A DNA stretch of 63,602 nt, filler included, from Octopus bimaculoides (GCF_001194135.2; 10 parts of 9 records of this genome joined end to end with filler, not necessarily neighbours in it), one strand, 5' to 3'; shown: positions 38,463-51,263, counted from the whole stretch's first letter. Numbers and translations: made by a program. The notes: generated from the sequence alone by a model not told the origin.

Positions 38463-39539
38463 GGCCAGTCAGGGTACATAATATGTATGTATGAGTGTAT
38501 GTGGGTGTGTATATGTATGTGCATATAGTGGTTCTGGAGCAAAGTGTTGTTGTTGTTGTTGTTATTGTTATCATCATCATCATCATTATCACTATTATTA
38601 TTGCTATTAGAGTATTAATAACTCCTCTGGAAAGAACTTCCACATAGACCCATCCACCACATACAGAACTGACATGCACGCACTCAGCAAATTTTTAAAA
38701 AAAATATAAACAGCCTTCAAAACCCAACGAATAACGTTGGTGCCAGGGACCATGTACGTATGGGAATATCTGTGTATACATATATGTATGTGTGTACGTA
38801 TGTGTGAGGGGATAGATATATATATATATGTATATTCCCCCTCACATGTGGTGGCAGTGACTGTTGACGTACATCTGGACACACATATGTACTCACATAT
38901 ATATATGCTTTTGAATCCTTTGATATCCAAGTATGGTTATACACACAGACATGTGTATTGGAGTGTCTATAACTATTTGTATGACCTTATATACTGTTAG
39001 TAGGCTTTTTATGTGCCTTATATTTTTATATTTTCATTTTTCATTTATTGATTTTATTCTTACTGTATTATTTTTATTTCTATTTTATTTTTATTTTTAT
39101 TTTTTACTTTATATTTGNNNNNNNNNNNNNNNNNNNNNNNNNNNNNNNNNNNNNNNNNNNNNNNNNNNNNNNNNNNNNNNNNNNNNNNNNNNNNNNNNNN
39201 NNNNNNNNNNNNNNNNNTGTGTGTGTGTGTGTACGTTTGTATGTATTCTGCATATTCATGTGTTTGTATGTTCATGTTTGTTTTTATGCAGTGTATGTAT
39301 GTTTAGATGTGTGTGTACCTCTGTCTCCTTGTGTGTTCATGTCTGTGTGTGTTTGTGTGTATGGGTTTTTGTGACTATGTATTGTGTCTGTATGTATGGA
39401 TGTGTATCTCCATATGTGTGGACATGGGTCTCCACATGTGTCCTTGTGTGAAGTGAAGTGTATGTGTGTGTATATGGTCATGTTATAGAAAGTATCAAAT
39501 CTTGATCCAAACAATCTATGAGAAGATTTCAAAATAAAA

Positions 39540-42035
39540 GTATTTCAGGTTGTAAGTTCTTTAGTGGGATTTAAATTGTGTAAGTCCAGTGACTGGTTTT
39601 CAGACAAATCATCAGAAATTCATGATCTATTAATAGAAAAATAAAACTTAGTCAATGCACTTTTTTCTTAGTCCTTGAAACCCAACTCAAACAAAGCTTG
39701 CTGAAAGGGAAAGTGTAGATTGCTCTAAGAAAAATTACACAGGAATGGTGGAATAACAGAGCAAAAGGGGCACAAGAAGCAGCTGATAGAAATGATGTAC
39801 AAGGGTTTGTACTCTTATGTTAAGGACGTATGCGCCCCAAAATCTTCATCAATAGCTCCAGTAAGGACAGCGAATGGATATTTGCCTTTAACCAACACCA
39901 CTTATATTCATTAGCACTGGGTAGAACATTTTACTGCACTTTTGAATAGACTATCTTCTATTGATATGAGGATGATAGAAAAATTCAAACACCATCCAGT
40001 TATAGAGGAGCTGGCATTTGAACCAACTCTAAATGGCATTTATTTAGCTGTAAATAAGCTGATTAACAATAAGTTTCCAGGGTCTGGTGGAATCTATGCA
40101 GAGGTCTTGAAATACAGGGATGGCAAAATGTTTGAACTTTTAATATATTAATTTGTCACTGTTGGAGAACTGAGGAAGTGCCTCAAGACTGGATTGATGC
40201 CATTTTAGTCTCCTTGTATAAATCAGGCCAAAGGATCTATGTAGTAATTTTTGTGAGATTTCACTTTTGTCTGTAGTTGGAAAGGTACTTGCCTGCACTC
40301 TGTTAGGACCTTTAAATACCTTCATTGTTTCAAATATAGTGCCTGACTCTCAATGTGGTTTTCGCTCCTCCAGGGACACAGTTGATTGTATCTTTAATGT
40401 CAGACAATTTCAGGAAAAGTGGATTGAACAGAATCTTGCCCTGTACCATTGCTTTTTTGATTTGAGCAAAACATTCAATACTGTTGATTGAAATGCTCTG
40501 TGGCTAATTCTAAGGAAAATAGGTTGCCCAGAAAAATTTGTGAACATGATCAGGGCTTTGCATCAAGATATGAAGGCTAGAGTTAATTTTGGTGGTAGGC
40601 TTTCTGAATCTTTTGCTGTGGAAAATGGAGTAAAACAAGGAAACCTTGATGTACCCACCCTCTTTGCAATATACCTTGCTGTTGTGCTGTCACATGCTTT
40701 TCAAAACTCTGAGAAGAGTACTTACATAAAATATTGAACAACAGGGAATGTTTTAATCTGATCATACTGAAATTCAAAACGAAGGTTTTTACTTCACTCA
40801 TTAGGGAACTCTTAAATGCTGATGACTGCAATCTAATCAGTCACTCTGAAATGGGCCTGCAATCTTTTGTATCTGCATCTGACACAGCTTGTGATGATTT
40901 TGGCCTGACCATCAATTTGAAAAAAACAGTTGCATTGTTTCAGTCTGCATGTAGTGCTGTTTACAACCCCACTAAAATTTTCGTTATGGATAAGTTACTT
41001 GAGGTTGTTGACTCTTTCATTTACCTTAGAAGAACTATACAAATTGATGGAAATTTATACATAGAAATACATCTGCAAATTCAAAGGGCAGCACAAGCAT
41101 TTGGTGGTTTGGAATCACATGTTTGGTGCCAATAAGCCAATGACATATAAATAACAACACAAAATTGGCTCTCATTCAATTGTTTGTCTTACCAACCCTG
41201 TTGTATTCTTCTGAAATATGGACATGATATGAAAGACATTGCAAATTGTTAGAATGATTCCACCAAAAATGCCTTCGCCACATTTTAAACATTAAATGGG
41301 GCTTTTTTACTCCAGACACAGATGTAATTGTAATTAAATCAATGATTCTGAAAAATGAAATGAAATGGTCTGGCCATATTGTTCAAATGGTGGATGAATG
41401 CACACCCAAACATCTGTTTTATGGCAAGCTTGCAGAGGGGAAACACAATCAGTGTAAACCTAAAAAGAGGTTTAAGGACGGCATAAGGACTACCATGAAG
41501 TCACTTAGAATGGATCCAAAGGTCATAGAAACCCTTGCTTCGGATAGAGCGGTATGGCAAACAAAAGTGTGGAGTGGAGTGAAAGCATTTGAGGAGGTCA
41601 GGATAACACATGCAAAATTCAGGAGAGATTTAAGGAAGAATGTTGTGATCAAGAAGTTGAATCTCAGTGACCTTTTTGTGTGCACAGTTTGTGACAGACC
41701 ATGCCTTTCTTTTGCTGGGCTCAAATCTCATTTGAGGACTCATGAAAAATGAACCTCCCCCAACTATTCTACCTAGATCTCTGTGCACACTTTTCAATGC
41801 CGTGTATGCCACAAGGTCTGCAATTCGAATGGAAGCCTCAAAAGACATTTTAAGATACACAAAGATCAGAACCTAACTGCAGCTCTTGGTGGTCCAAATT
41901 GGATATGCAATCTATGTGGGTGTCTTTTCAATACATTGTCTGGTTTAAAAAGCCACATCAGACACTATGATGAATCTAAGGTGTAGGTACAAGAGGTGCT
42001 CAGTCTCTGGAAAAGGAATAGACAACCACCATGTT
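39540..42035 (+). mobile_element. RTE (BovB-like) LINE ORF2 pseudogene ending in three C2H2 zinc fingers
   Basis: DWFSDKSSEI; ISLLSVVGKVLA; PDSQCGFRSSRDTVDCIF; FDLSKTFNTVD; GVKQG; LLNADDC; WSGHIVQM..PKHLFYG..KKRFKD; then CTVCDRPC..KSHLRTH, CRVCHKVC..KRHFKIH, CNLCGCLF..KSHIRHY. Many stops and frameshifts. Confidence 0.95.
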
Positions 42036-42074
42036 TATAGATGTGTGTGTGTGTGTGTGCATGTATATGTATGT

Positions 42075-42305
42075 ATGTGTGTTACTGTCTCCTTGTCTTG
42101 GCATCATGTGATAGTTCTAAACAATCATCACCTTCATACAAATAATGTCCTGCATTCCCAGTTTTCCATAAACACATCTGTCCATGGGGAAATATCACTT
42201 TACTTGGAAAGAGATGAGTGTTGGTAACAGGAAGTGCATTTGGCCATAGAAACTCTGCTTCAATAAATTCCACCCTACCCAATTGAGCATGGAAAAATAG
42301 TTGGT
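42075..42305 (+). mobile_element. SINE tail with RTE-like 3' end
   Basis: AGGAAGTGCATTTGGCCATAGAAAC...GCATGGAAAAATAG resembles the RTE tail GAAGGGCATCCAGCTGTAGAAAC...GCATGGAAA; a similar piece lies at 61450-61612. Confidence 0.55.
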
Positions 42306-42769
42306 AGCACATAACTATACCCAAAGTCTTCTATCATCTTTTGTAATGCATTATGACTACAGTCTAATTGTGCAGGAAGCTCTCAGATTGTGATTTGTCT
42401 GTCCACAAAACAGTTCGTCTGCTCACTGGTGATCTGTGTTAATGGTTGCAGTTTATGATTTATTTCAGTATGTAGTTTTTCTTAAATGCTAGTTTCCCCT
42501 CTTCTCCTGCTTTAAACTCCTTCCACCTTTGCACCATACTTTTGTCAGTGGTGGCAACTCTGTAAACAACCTGTAACCTACTATTCCTTCATCAAAAACT
42601 CTTTGATTTTTCTGACCTTATCTTATCAAAACATCATTTTAGTGGAAAATATCTTTTTCATAGTTTTGTATATAGTCTCCATTTTCTAAATATATGTTTA
42701 AAAAATGTTTTTGAACTTTTTACACCCAATAACTTTGTAAGTATTAGGGTTTATGTGTTATGATGTTTT

Positions 42770-43490
42770 TTATCTACCCCTTTCTTCAGACAAAACCAGT
42801 GAGATTGATGCAGTTGATATTTCTCTTGAACAGCTGCAGAAAAAATTGGGCAGGGAAGGTATCTTAGTGAACTGACATTCTGGGAAAGCTGGATAAGGAA
42901 ATGGGAAGAAGGGTTCATGAGGATCATAAAATGGTGAGCAAATACAATATGGCTGACATTAGAAGGAAAGACAAATGAGGCCTGAGTGGAGGTGACACAA
43001 AACCACCCAGTTTTGAGAAGCAAAGGCCACTGTAGTATCAGAAAGAAAGGCTGTGCGTGGAAATGGGGGTGTCTATGAACATGGAGTTGCTGTATATTAG
43101 CAAGGACTTTGCACCAATCAATCACTTAGCCTTCTTTTGGATGCGATCGAGGATGTCTGTATGTGTAGTAGCTGCACCATTCCAGATGTGGAAGCAGTAT
43201 TTCATTGTAGGTTCCCCTTGAATAGGATTTGTAATTGTTGAGAGATGAAGTGTTTGCAATCTCTGTAGAGAAAGACCACTCTTTATGAGATGTGTGACCA
43301 ATTCATTGCTGTTTAATTTGCTGCTTGATCAATTTGTCATCAGTATCCAAGTCAGACTGCCAGCAAGTTATTAAATGGTGTTTAAACAGTGTCTTGAAGT
43401 GACTTGGGTATACAAACTTTCTCTTTCTGTTGATGTTAATGTATGAGAATTTTTTAATCATTTTACTTGGCATTCCATCATCATATGTTT
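42770..43490 (-). mobile_element. CR1/L2/Jockey-group LINE ORF2 C-terminal remnant
   Basis: Minus strand MKYCFHIWNGAATTHTDILDRIQKKAK, resembling the MEYCS.IW....LD.IQ.RA motif; heavily frameshifted. Confidence 0.6.
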
Positions 43491-44229
43491 GAAAGGAGGT
43501 AAAAGTTATTCAAATTTCAAAAACAAAAAAGAAAAGTTGTAGAGGAAGAACAAAACTACAAAAAAAAAATGTATAAAATACTATGGTAAAAATATTTTTC
43601 ATGTTAATTCAACCATTATTAGAAAAGATAAAAATAAATGTACAAAAAATAAAACAAATTTATCTGACAACCCAGTACAAAAATTTTTCTTCAGTTTTTT
43701 TCTTTCATTTTGTTCAACACATCAAAATAAAGAAATGCATGTAAAATGACATGTATAAAATATAGATAGTTATATAATACAAAACTAAACAAGATTTATT
43801 TTAACCACTTTATTTTAAAATATAACAAGAACACAAAATAACAACTAAAAACAACTAAACTGTTAGTAGCATTGAGACATTAAAATTTCAGATTACAAAC
43901 AACTACTTCAAGAAATTTTTGTTCCAAATCATTATTGTCTATCACATTTCTAATGCACTTATTGACATTTCTGAATATGTTTTTTTTCAATTTGTTTCTT
44001 CTCTCTGTGCAAATTTTAAACAGTTTAGTTATGATCAACATATTCTTCACAATAGAATTCAATTAATTTGGATATATGCATTATTCTCATTCTTTTTAAT
44101 TCTTGTATCTCCAGAATTTATTTACATAATATGTAAATTCATTTATGTTGCATATTTGAGAAAACCAACTCAAAATGGTTTCAAAGACGTTTGCAGTTGT
44201 ATCTCAACATTACTTGATACCCTAAGTTA

Positions 44230-45607
44230 AGAAACATTTTTTTTTTTCACATACAGAGGTACTGTTAGTGAGGCAAGAGTTGACCATGAGTACAGTGATG
44301 AATTTAGTGTACAGATAGGTGTCAACCAAGGGTCAGTCCTCAGTCCCCTTCTATTCATCATTGTCCTCCAGGCCATAATAGAGGAATTTACGACTGGAAG
44401 CCCATGGGATTTCCTATATACTGATGATCTTGCCGTCATAGCAGAATCTGTAACAAAATTAGAAAAGTAATTCCATGTGTGGAAACAGAATCTGGAATCA
44501 AATGGTCTTAAATTAAACTTAAAGACCAAGGTCCTAGTAAGAAAGAAATTGGACAGGACTCTTCACCTTTCTGGTAAATGGTCCTGCTCGATATATAGGA
44601 AGGTTGTAGGCAGAAATTCCATTCAGTGTACCCAGTGCAAGCCAGGGACACATAAGAAGTGCAGTGGATACATAAGAGGTGCAGTGGAATAGTTGGAAGG
44701 TTGTCAGAGAAAGTAGTCTTTGTATGTGGAAGATGTACAGGAGCCATAAAGACCACAAATACATGAGAAACTGAATTCCTTAAATGTTCCGGTGGCTCTC
44801 TGGAAGTTGTAGATAATTTTTGCTACCTAGGTGACCTAATTAGCAGTGGAGGAGGTTGTACAGGAAGTGTAATTGCAACCAAAGGTCTCTCTCTCCAAGT
44901 GAAGGGAAGATTGTTTGATGCATGTGTATGAACTGCAATGCTGCATGGTAGTGAGACATGGACCCTTAATGCTGAGGACATGTGAAAGCTGAAGATGAAG
45001 GAAGCTGGTATGTTCTGCTAGTTGTGCAATGTCATTGTGCATGTGTGATAGAATATTGGTGTATCAAGAGAGAAGTTGGGCATTAGAGGAATTATATGCA
45101 GTGTGCAAGAGACTAGGCTGTGCAGGTAGATGAGAACAGTTGTGTAAAGAAGTGTTGATCACTTAAAGTGGAGGGAAGTCATGCAAGAGGGAGATCCAGG
45201 AAAACATGGGATGAAGTATTGAAAACCAATCTCAAACTGCTGACCTTTATGAAGGAAATGACAAAAGACCAAGATATGTGGTGCACTACTATACTTGATG
45301 AGATGACTTACTCACCAAAACAAAATCGAGCTTCTAAAACCAAGATTCCACATAAAAAGCATTGGTGTGGGTGCTGGTGTCACGTATAAAGCACTGGTGC
45401 CACTTAAAAAAACACTGATGATGGTGTCACATAAAAACACCCAGTACACTCTGTGGAGTGGTTGGTATTAGAAAGGGCACCCAGCTGTAGAAACCAAACC
45501 AAAACAGACTATGGAACCTGGTGTGACACCTGGTCTTACTAGTTTTTGTCAAGCTGTCCAACCCATGCCAGCACAGAAAATGGACGTTAAATGATGATGA
45601 TGATGAT
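44230..45607 (+). mobile_element. Older 5'-truncated copy of the PHD-bearing RTE family, with 3' UTR and (GAT)n tail
   Basis: GVNQGSVLSPLLFIIVL..LYTDDLA; KWSCSIYRKVVGRNSIQCTQCK..HKKC..CGRC; GRSRKTWDEV..DQDMW; UTR ends GGACGTTAAATGATGATGAT. Confidence 0.9.
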
Positions 45608-46224
45608 AATACCCAATTTAAACTGAAAACCAAAACATGCAACCAACAAACAGGATAAAAGAATGACATTTGACATGGATGCTGGTAATAAATTGCCCTG
45701 GTTACAAATTGACTAACAATAGCAACAAATTGTTTTAATGCACTTAGTAATTCAGATTTTGTCATATTGAGGATGTGAGATTGTCAGGACAGATTTTAGT
45801 GATTGTGAACCTAGCATTCATAGTAACTTTAGGATCTCTAGTTGTATGTTGTTCATGTTTAGCAGTGAGATAGAATCATTGTTTGCTTGAAATGTGTAAT
45901 GGTTGTGATTTTGTGTCATTAAAGAGAAATGCTTAACATGATCTCATTGTAGTATACTTTCATGAAAGGTTTGATATGAGGTAAATTGTATAAAAGAAAA
46001 TTATATAGTTTAATTCATAACTTCTGATCATTAGTCTTGCATCATAAACTCAAATCTAGTAACCTTTATTCAGTATCAGCATAAAATATTAATATTGAGG
46101 ATTTCTTAATAGTCATTTATTTAAAAAGTCTAACATGTTTCCGACCGAGTTATTTGCATAAGCTAAATCTGCATGAAAAAATAAACATATCTTGTCATCT
46201 TCAATGTTTATTTTGTCTTTTTAG

Positions 46225-46340
46225 GTACATTGTTAACGATGAAGACAAAGTAGGAGTGTATATAGCAGCTGATCCTCTCACACAAGACAGAAATTACTAT
46301 GAGATTGAAATCCTAGACAGTGGATTGCAGGGAACTATTG
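46225..46340 (+). CDS. SPRYD3: Internal coding exon of a SPRY domain-containing protein 3 homologue
   Basis: Acceptor TTTTGTCTTTTTAG and donor G|GTGAGG. Encodes YIVNDEDKVGVYIAADPLTQDRNYYEIEILDSGLQGTI, about half identical to recalled human SPRYD3 YHGNSGEVGCYVASRPLTKDSNYFEVSIVDSGVRGTI. Confidence 0.8.
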
Positions 46341-47354
46341 GTGAGGAACTTTCATTTTTTATATTTAGTTTCAATCTTTTAATTATTTGTCTATCAGTGT
46401 TTGTTTTATTATCCTTAAGTTTAAAATTAGTTTGGTTCAATACTTTGAGTTCATATGATTCATCAAATGTAGTATAGACTCCATTTTGTTGTCAAAAGTA
46501 TAGCTAGCAAGACAAACAAAGCTTGGAGCATCTCTTTCAACTGGTATATTACAAAACTTAAAAATTTCATTTTCCTATGCGGCTAGGAGATTATAATGAA
46601 CCAAGTTTCTTGGAGAAGTAGTATTACTTAGTTCCAATAGCTATTCACTGTGACACGTGATGACATAACCAACAGTAGCCAGTACAATTTGTTTTTAAGA
46701 TTATTATTGTTAAAGTAATACCCTTACCTTTAGTTATTACTGTCTTGATAGTTACACTTATTCTACATTTCAGTTAGTTTGACCTCCAGTCATCATGACA
46801 TGTTCTTTATGGATATGTACATAATATCAGAATGTATTCAGACAAGGAACCTTTAGTTCTAAACTAAGTGTCATCATCTCTTATCCAGTACTACTGAAAC
46901 ATGTACATTCAATGTTAGATTTTTGGGTTATCAGTTTTTCACTCAAAGCAGCCAAAGTAAACTGATGTAAATTGTTAGACTTGTTGGTTCGATTATCAGT
47001 AACCTTGATAGAAAATGTTTCTCTGGTTTTTCTATGGTTCTACTGCTCTCAATCTGTCATGGAAGTTTCTTTTAGTTTTTTTTTAGTTTTTTTTTTAACA
47101 TATATGCTAGGTTGTTCCTGATTAAGTGTTTCTTCTCTTGTTAAGATTTACAAAGTTTCTTTATTCTAACTGAAAATGCCCAGTTTCCCTTTCATAAAAC
47201 TTCTTGCAAATAGTCTCTCTCTGCTAATTTTCTTTGGTAATACATGTAAATTTTGTATTATTTGTTTCTTTCTTTGAAGAATTTCTAATAGGAAATTTCT
47301 TAGGTGTTTATCTAATATATAAAACTTTGTAATTATTGTTTTGTTATAAATATA

Positions 47355-48632
47355 CGGAGGTTGGACAAAATAATGGAAACACCTTAAAATTTCAAACAAA
47401 TTTATTTTAATGTGGGGTAGGACTGCCTTTGGCAGTAATTACAGCTTGAATTCTACGAGGTATGGACTCATACAAAGTTTGAATTGTTTCCAAAGGAATT
47501 TTTGTCCATTCTTCAGCTAAAACAGTCTCCAGTTCTTGTAGTGATGATGGTGGAGGATATTGACTCCTTACTTGTTTTTCTAAAATGCACCATAAATGTT
47601 CAATAATATTGAGATCTGGGGACTGTGGTAGCCAGATAAGATGTTCAATTTCACCAGAATGTTCTTTGTGCCATTCAGTAACACCTTTAGCTGTGTGAAT
47701 TAGTACATTATGATCCTGAAAGATTGCATTTCCCCCTGGAAACAGTTCTGCAACCATAGGATGAATTTGATCAGATAAAATGCTGAAATAGTCTTGACTA
47801 TTAATTCTACCATAAAGGGAAACCATTGGGCTGGCGGATTTCCAAGATATAGCCCCCCCCNNNNNNNNNNCAGATCATCACAGATCCTCCTCCATGTTTA
47901 ACAGTTGAAAGAAGGCAGCCTGAGTCAAATGCTTCTTTTGGTTGTCTCCACATGTATACTCGGTCAGTGTTCGGAAATAAGGTAAAGGATGACTCATCAA
48001 AGAAAATAACATTCTTCTACTGCTCTAGGGAACTATTCTGTAGATTTTTACTCCACTCTAAACGCTTTGCAGTGTTTGTTTTTGAAAATAGTGGTATTCT
48101 GATTGCAGCCTTCCTGTGAAATCCAGCTTTGTGCAGCTCTCAGCAAACAGTTTTTGTGGAAATTGGGTTCGCGAGGGGGTCATTAAGCTCTGCAGCAATT
48201 TCAGGAGCTTTACTTTTGTGATCCTTTCTAACAATTTGCATATGAGTCTAACAGTCCCTATCTGAAAGTTTTGGTTTTCTTCTGGAGTTTTGTTTTGATG
48301 AGGAGGTTTTTCCCTCCTTCTCAAAGGCTGTCATTATTTTCGAGACAGTACTTCTTGATATACCAAATATTTTGGCTGTTTTCGTTAAGCTAGCGCCTGC
48401 CATATGAGGACCAACAATTTGACCTCTTTGAAAGTTTGATACATCTGTCATTTTAATGAATTTTAATTACCTTTTTCTGATAATGTCTGAAAAGAAACAG
48501 CAATTTTAGCAAAACATATTAAGCAACACTAATAATAAATCAAAAAACATAAAAATAAACAAGCATTTGATGGTTTTATAGATATTTCAAAATTATGATG
48601 CTAGGTGTTTCCATTATTTTGTCCAACGCCTG
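47355..48632 (-). mobile_element. Near full-length Tc1-family transposon, DD36E (Incomer-like), pseudogenised
   Basis: 29-bp TIRs C(G/A)G..GTTGGACAAAATAATGGAAACACC with TA flanks; MTDVSNFQRGQIVG..; FQD(D>H)NVLIH..WLPQSPDLNIIE with 36 residues to the catalytic E. Confidence 0.85.
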
Positions 48633-48638
48633 TATATA

Positions 48639-49526
48639 CAGGGTGCAGTGAATATATTGCTGTCAAAATTGCGCAGAAATAAAAATAACACTGACATCTC
48701 ATTTTAACAGATATTTTTTACCAAAATTACATATAAATATCTTGAAATATTAAAGAGTAAATTTATTCAATAAAATCGCCATTGGCTTCAACCATAGCTT
48801 CCAGACAACTTCGGAATCTCCTGCAACTCTTCTGGAGAGTCTCCTTGTTTAAATTGATGAATGCTGCCATAATCCTTGCTTTCATTTCAACTTTGGTGTT
48901 ACAAGGAGTTTTGTTGGTCTCTTGCTCAACTGCACCCTACATATAATAATCAAAGGGGTGGTTGCAGTCTGGGGAGTTAGGTGACTAGATGTTAGGGGTA
49001 ATGTTGCCACAGAAATTGTCTGACAGCCATGACTGAGTTCTCCTGCTTGTGTGGCTTGGTACAGAGTCCTGTTGCCAGATATAGGGTTTTCCAGCAGCCA
49101 CCCTCTTGACCCAGGACAGTACTACCTCCTCCAGATACTTGATGTAGGCCTCCATATTGAGTCTGAGGTGTGTGGGAAGATGAATGGAGGCATAACATTG
49201 CTACCACTAGTGGTCACTCCAAACACCATTATGTTAACTGGATGTTTGCTTTTTATTACTTTCGGTACATGTTTTAGGGACATAGCAAGCCAACGGTTGT
49301 TCTTTGTGTTTACCATCTGTTTGTATTAGAGCTTCTGGCGTGAATGCCAAGCAGTACAGCATGTCATTTGCAAATGTCTGGCAAAGTGAATTGTGTCATG
49401 GTGCTGTTTTTCTCATAGACGGTGCCCAACTGACCCTATTATACTGTGTTGTTGACAAAATAAAAAACAGTGTGGATACACAAAATTAAAAATATAAAAT
49501 GGCGACAATTTACTCATCACACCTTG
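48639..49526 (-). mobile_element. DD37D (maT-like) transposon, same family as 9008-9792
   Basis: Reverse-complement homologue of 9008-9792; TIR CAGGGTGCAGTGAATATATTG; KHPVNIMVFGVTTSGSNVMPPFIFPH. Confidence 0.85.
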
Positions 49527-50568
49527 TCTATATATGTATGTACAAAAATATATTCATATAGATTTNNNNNNNNNNNNNNNNNNNNNNNNNNNNNNNNNNN
49601 NNNNNNNNNNNNNNNNNNNNNNNNNNNNNNNNNNNNNNNNNNNNNNNNNNNNNNNNNNNNNNNNNNNNNNNNNNNNNNNNNNNNNNNNNNNNNNNNNNNN
49701 NNNNNNNNNNNNNNNNNNNNNNNNNNNNNNNNNNNNNNNNNNNNNNNNNNNNNNNNNNNNNNNNNNNNNNNNNNNNNNNNNNNNNNNNNNNNNNNNNNNN
49801 NNNNNNNNNNNNNNNNNNNNNNNNNNNNNNNNNNNNNNNNNNNNNNNNNNNNNNNNNNNNNNNNNNNNNNNNNNNNNNNNNNNNNNNNNNNNNNNNNNNN
49901 NNNNNNNNNNNNNNNNNNNNNNNNNNNNNNNNNNNNNNNNNNNNNNNNNNNNNNNNNNNNNNNNNNNNNNNNNNNNNNNNNNNNNNNNNNNNNNNNNNNN
50001 NNNNNNNNNNNNNNNNNNNNNNNNNNNNNNNNNNNNNNNNNNNNNNNNNNNNNNNNNNNNNNNNNNNNNNNNNNNNNNNNNNNNNNNNNNNNNNNNNNNN
50101 NNNNNNNNNNNNNNNNNNNNNNNNNNNNNNNNNNNNNNNNNNNNNNNNNNNNNNNNNNNNNNNNNNNNNNNNNNNNNNNNNNNNNNNNNNNNNNNNNNNN
50201 NNNNNNNNNNNNNNNNNNNNNNNNNNNNNNNNNNNNNNNNNNNNNNNNNNNNNNNNNNNNNNNNNNNNNNNNNNNNNNNNNNNNNNNNNNNNNNNNNNNN
50301 NNNNNNNNNNNNNNNNNNNNNNNNNNNNNNNNNNNNNNNNNNNNNNNNNNNNNNNNNNNNNNNNNNNNNNNNNNNNNNNNNNNNNNNNNNNNNNNNNNNN
50401 NNNNNNNNNNNNNNNNNNNNNNNNNNNNNNNNNNNNNNNNNNNNNNNNNNNNNNNNNNNNNNNNNNNNNNNNNNNNNNNNNNNNNNNNNNNNNNNNNNNN
50501 NNNNNNNNNNNNNNNNNNNNNNNNNNNNNNNNNNNNNNNNNNNNNNNNNNNATATATATATATATATA

Positions 50569-51043
50569 CAGTAATCACTTGCCATGTCACGGTTCACCTA
50601 TTGCGCCCTCAGCACATCACAGATTTTTCTGGCTAATATATGTAAATTTATATCATGAGTTTTTGCAGCTAATAAGTATTTATATTTTTTTAGGTTTTAA
50701 TTATTTCTGTGGTAAAATAAGCATTTTCAAGCCTAAAAATTAATAGATTAATAGATAAAAATGCAGTACAGTACTGCACTGTATAACACATTAATTAAAA
50801 TATTTAAAATAAAATACGTAGTGTATTGTAGATGAGTAAATATAGAATCACACATGTTGTATGGAAAATGAAACTCAAGAGATGAGTGTGTGGTGCTGTT
50901 TTGCATTTATAATAAAATATATATATACAAATTATAAAAATAGTAACAAAAAATATACAGTACAGTACTGTTTCTGCTTTGAGGATTTTCACCTATCGCG
51001 GGGGTGTTGGAACGTAACACCTGTGATAGTCGAGGGATTACTG
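50569..51043. mobile_element. pogo/Tigger-type MITE
   Basis: TA-CAGTAATCACTTGCCATGTCAC at left and GTGATAGTCGAGGGATTACTG-TA at right (imperfect TIRs, TA flanks). Confidence 0.65.
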
Positions 51044-51179
51044 TATGTGTGTGTACACACACACACTTGCATAAATTTACACACACACATACACACATGC
51101 ATCTATATTCACACACACATACACACACACACACACACATATATATATGGAGTAAACATATTATAACTGCATACTTTTA

Positions 51180-51263
51180 TTCCGACATATGTTTCGAAGA
51201 ATTACAATTTATGCGATCCATAGGAATCGACGATGTTAAAAATGTGAACTTCTCCTCAGGGAA
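51180..51263 (-). ncRNA. Type I hammerhead ribozyme motif with extended stem II
   Basis: Minus strand UUCC CUGAGGA GAAG-(49 nt with inner hairpin CGAUUCC/GGAUCG)-CUUC GAAAC AUAU GUC GGAA: canonical core and GUC triplet. Confidence 0.75.

Noticed and set aside
38340-38528. Identical ORF MKPDGNTRLQSNLAEFLQLDALPNANH at two loci
   Set aside because: Antisense reading of the RTE 3' UTR; identity reflects repeat youth, not a duplicated gene.
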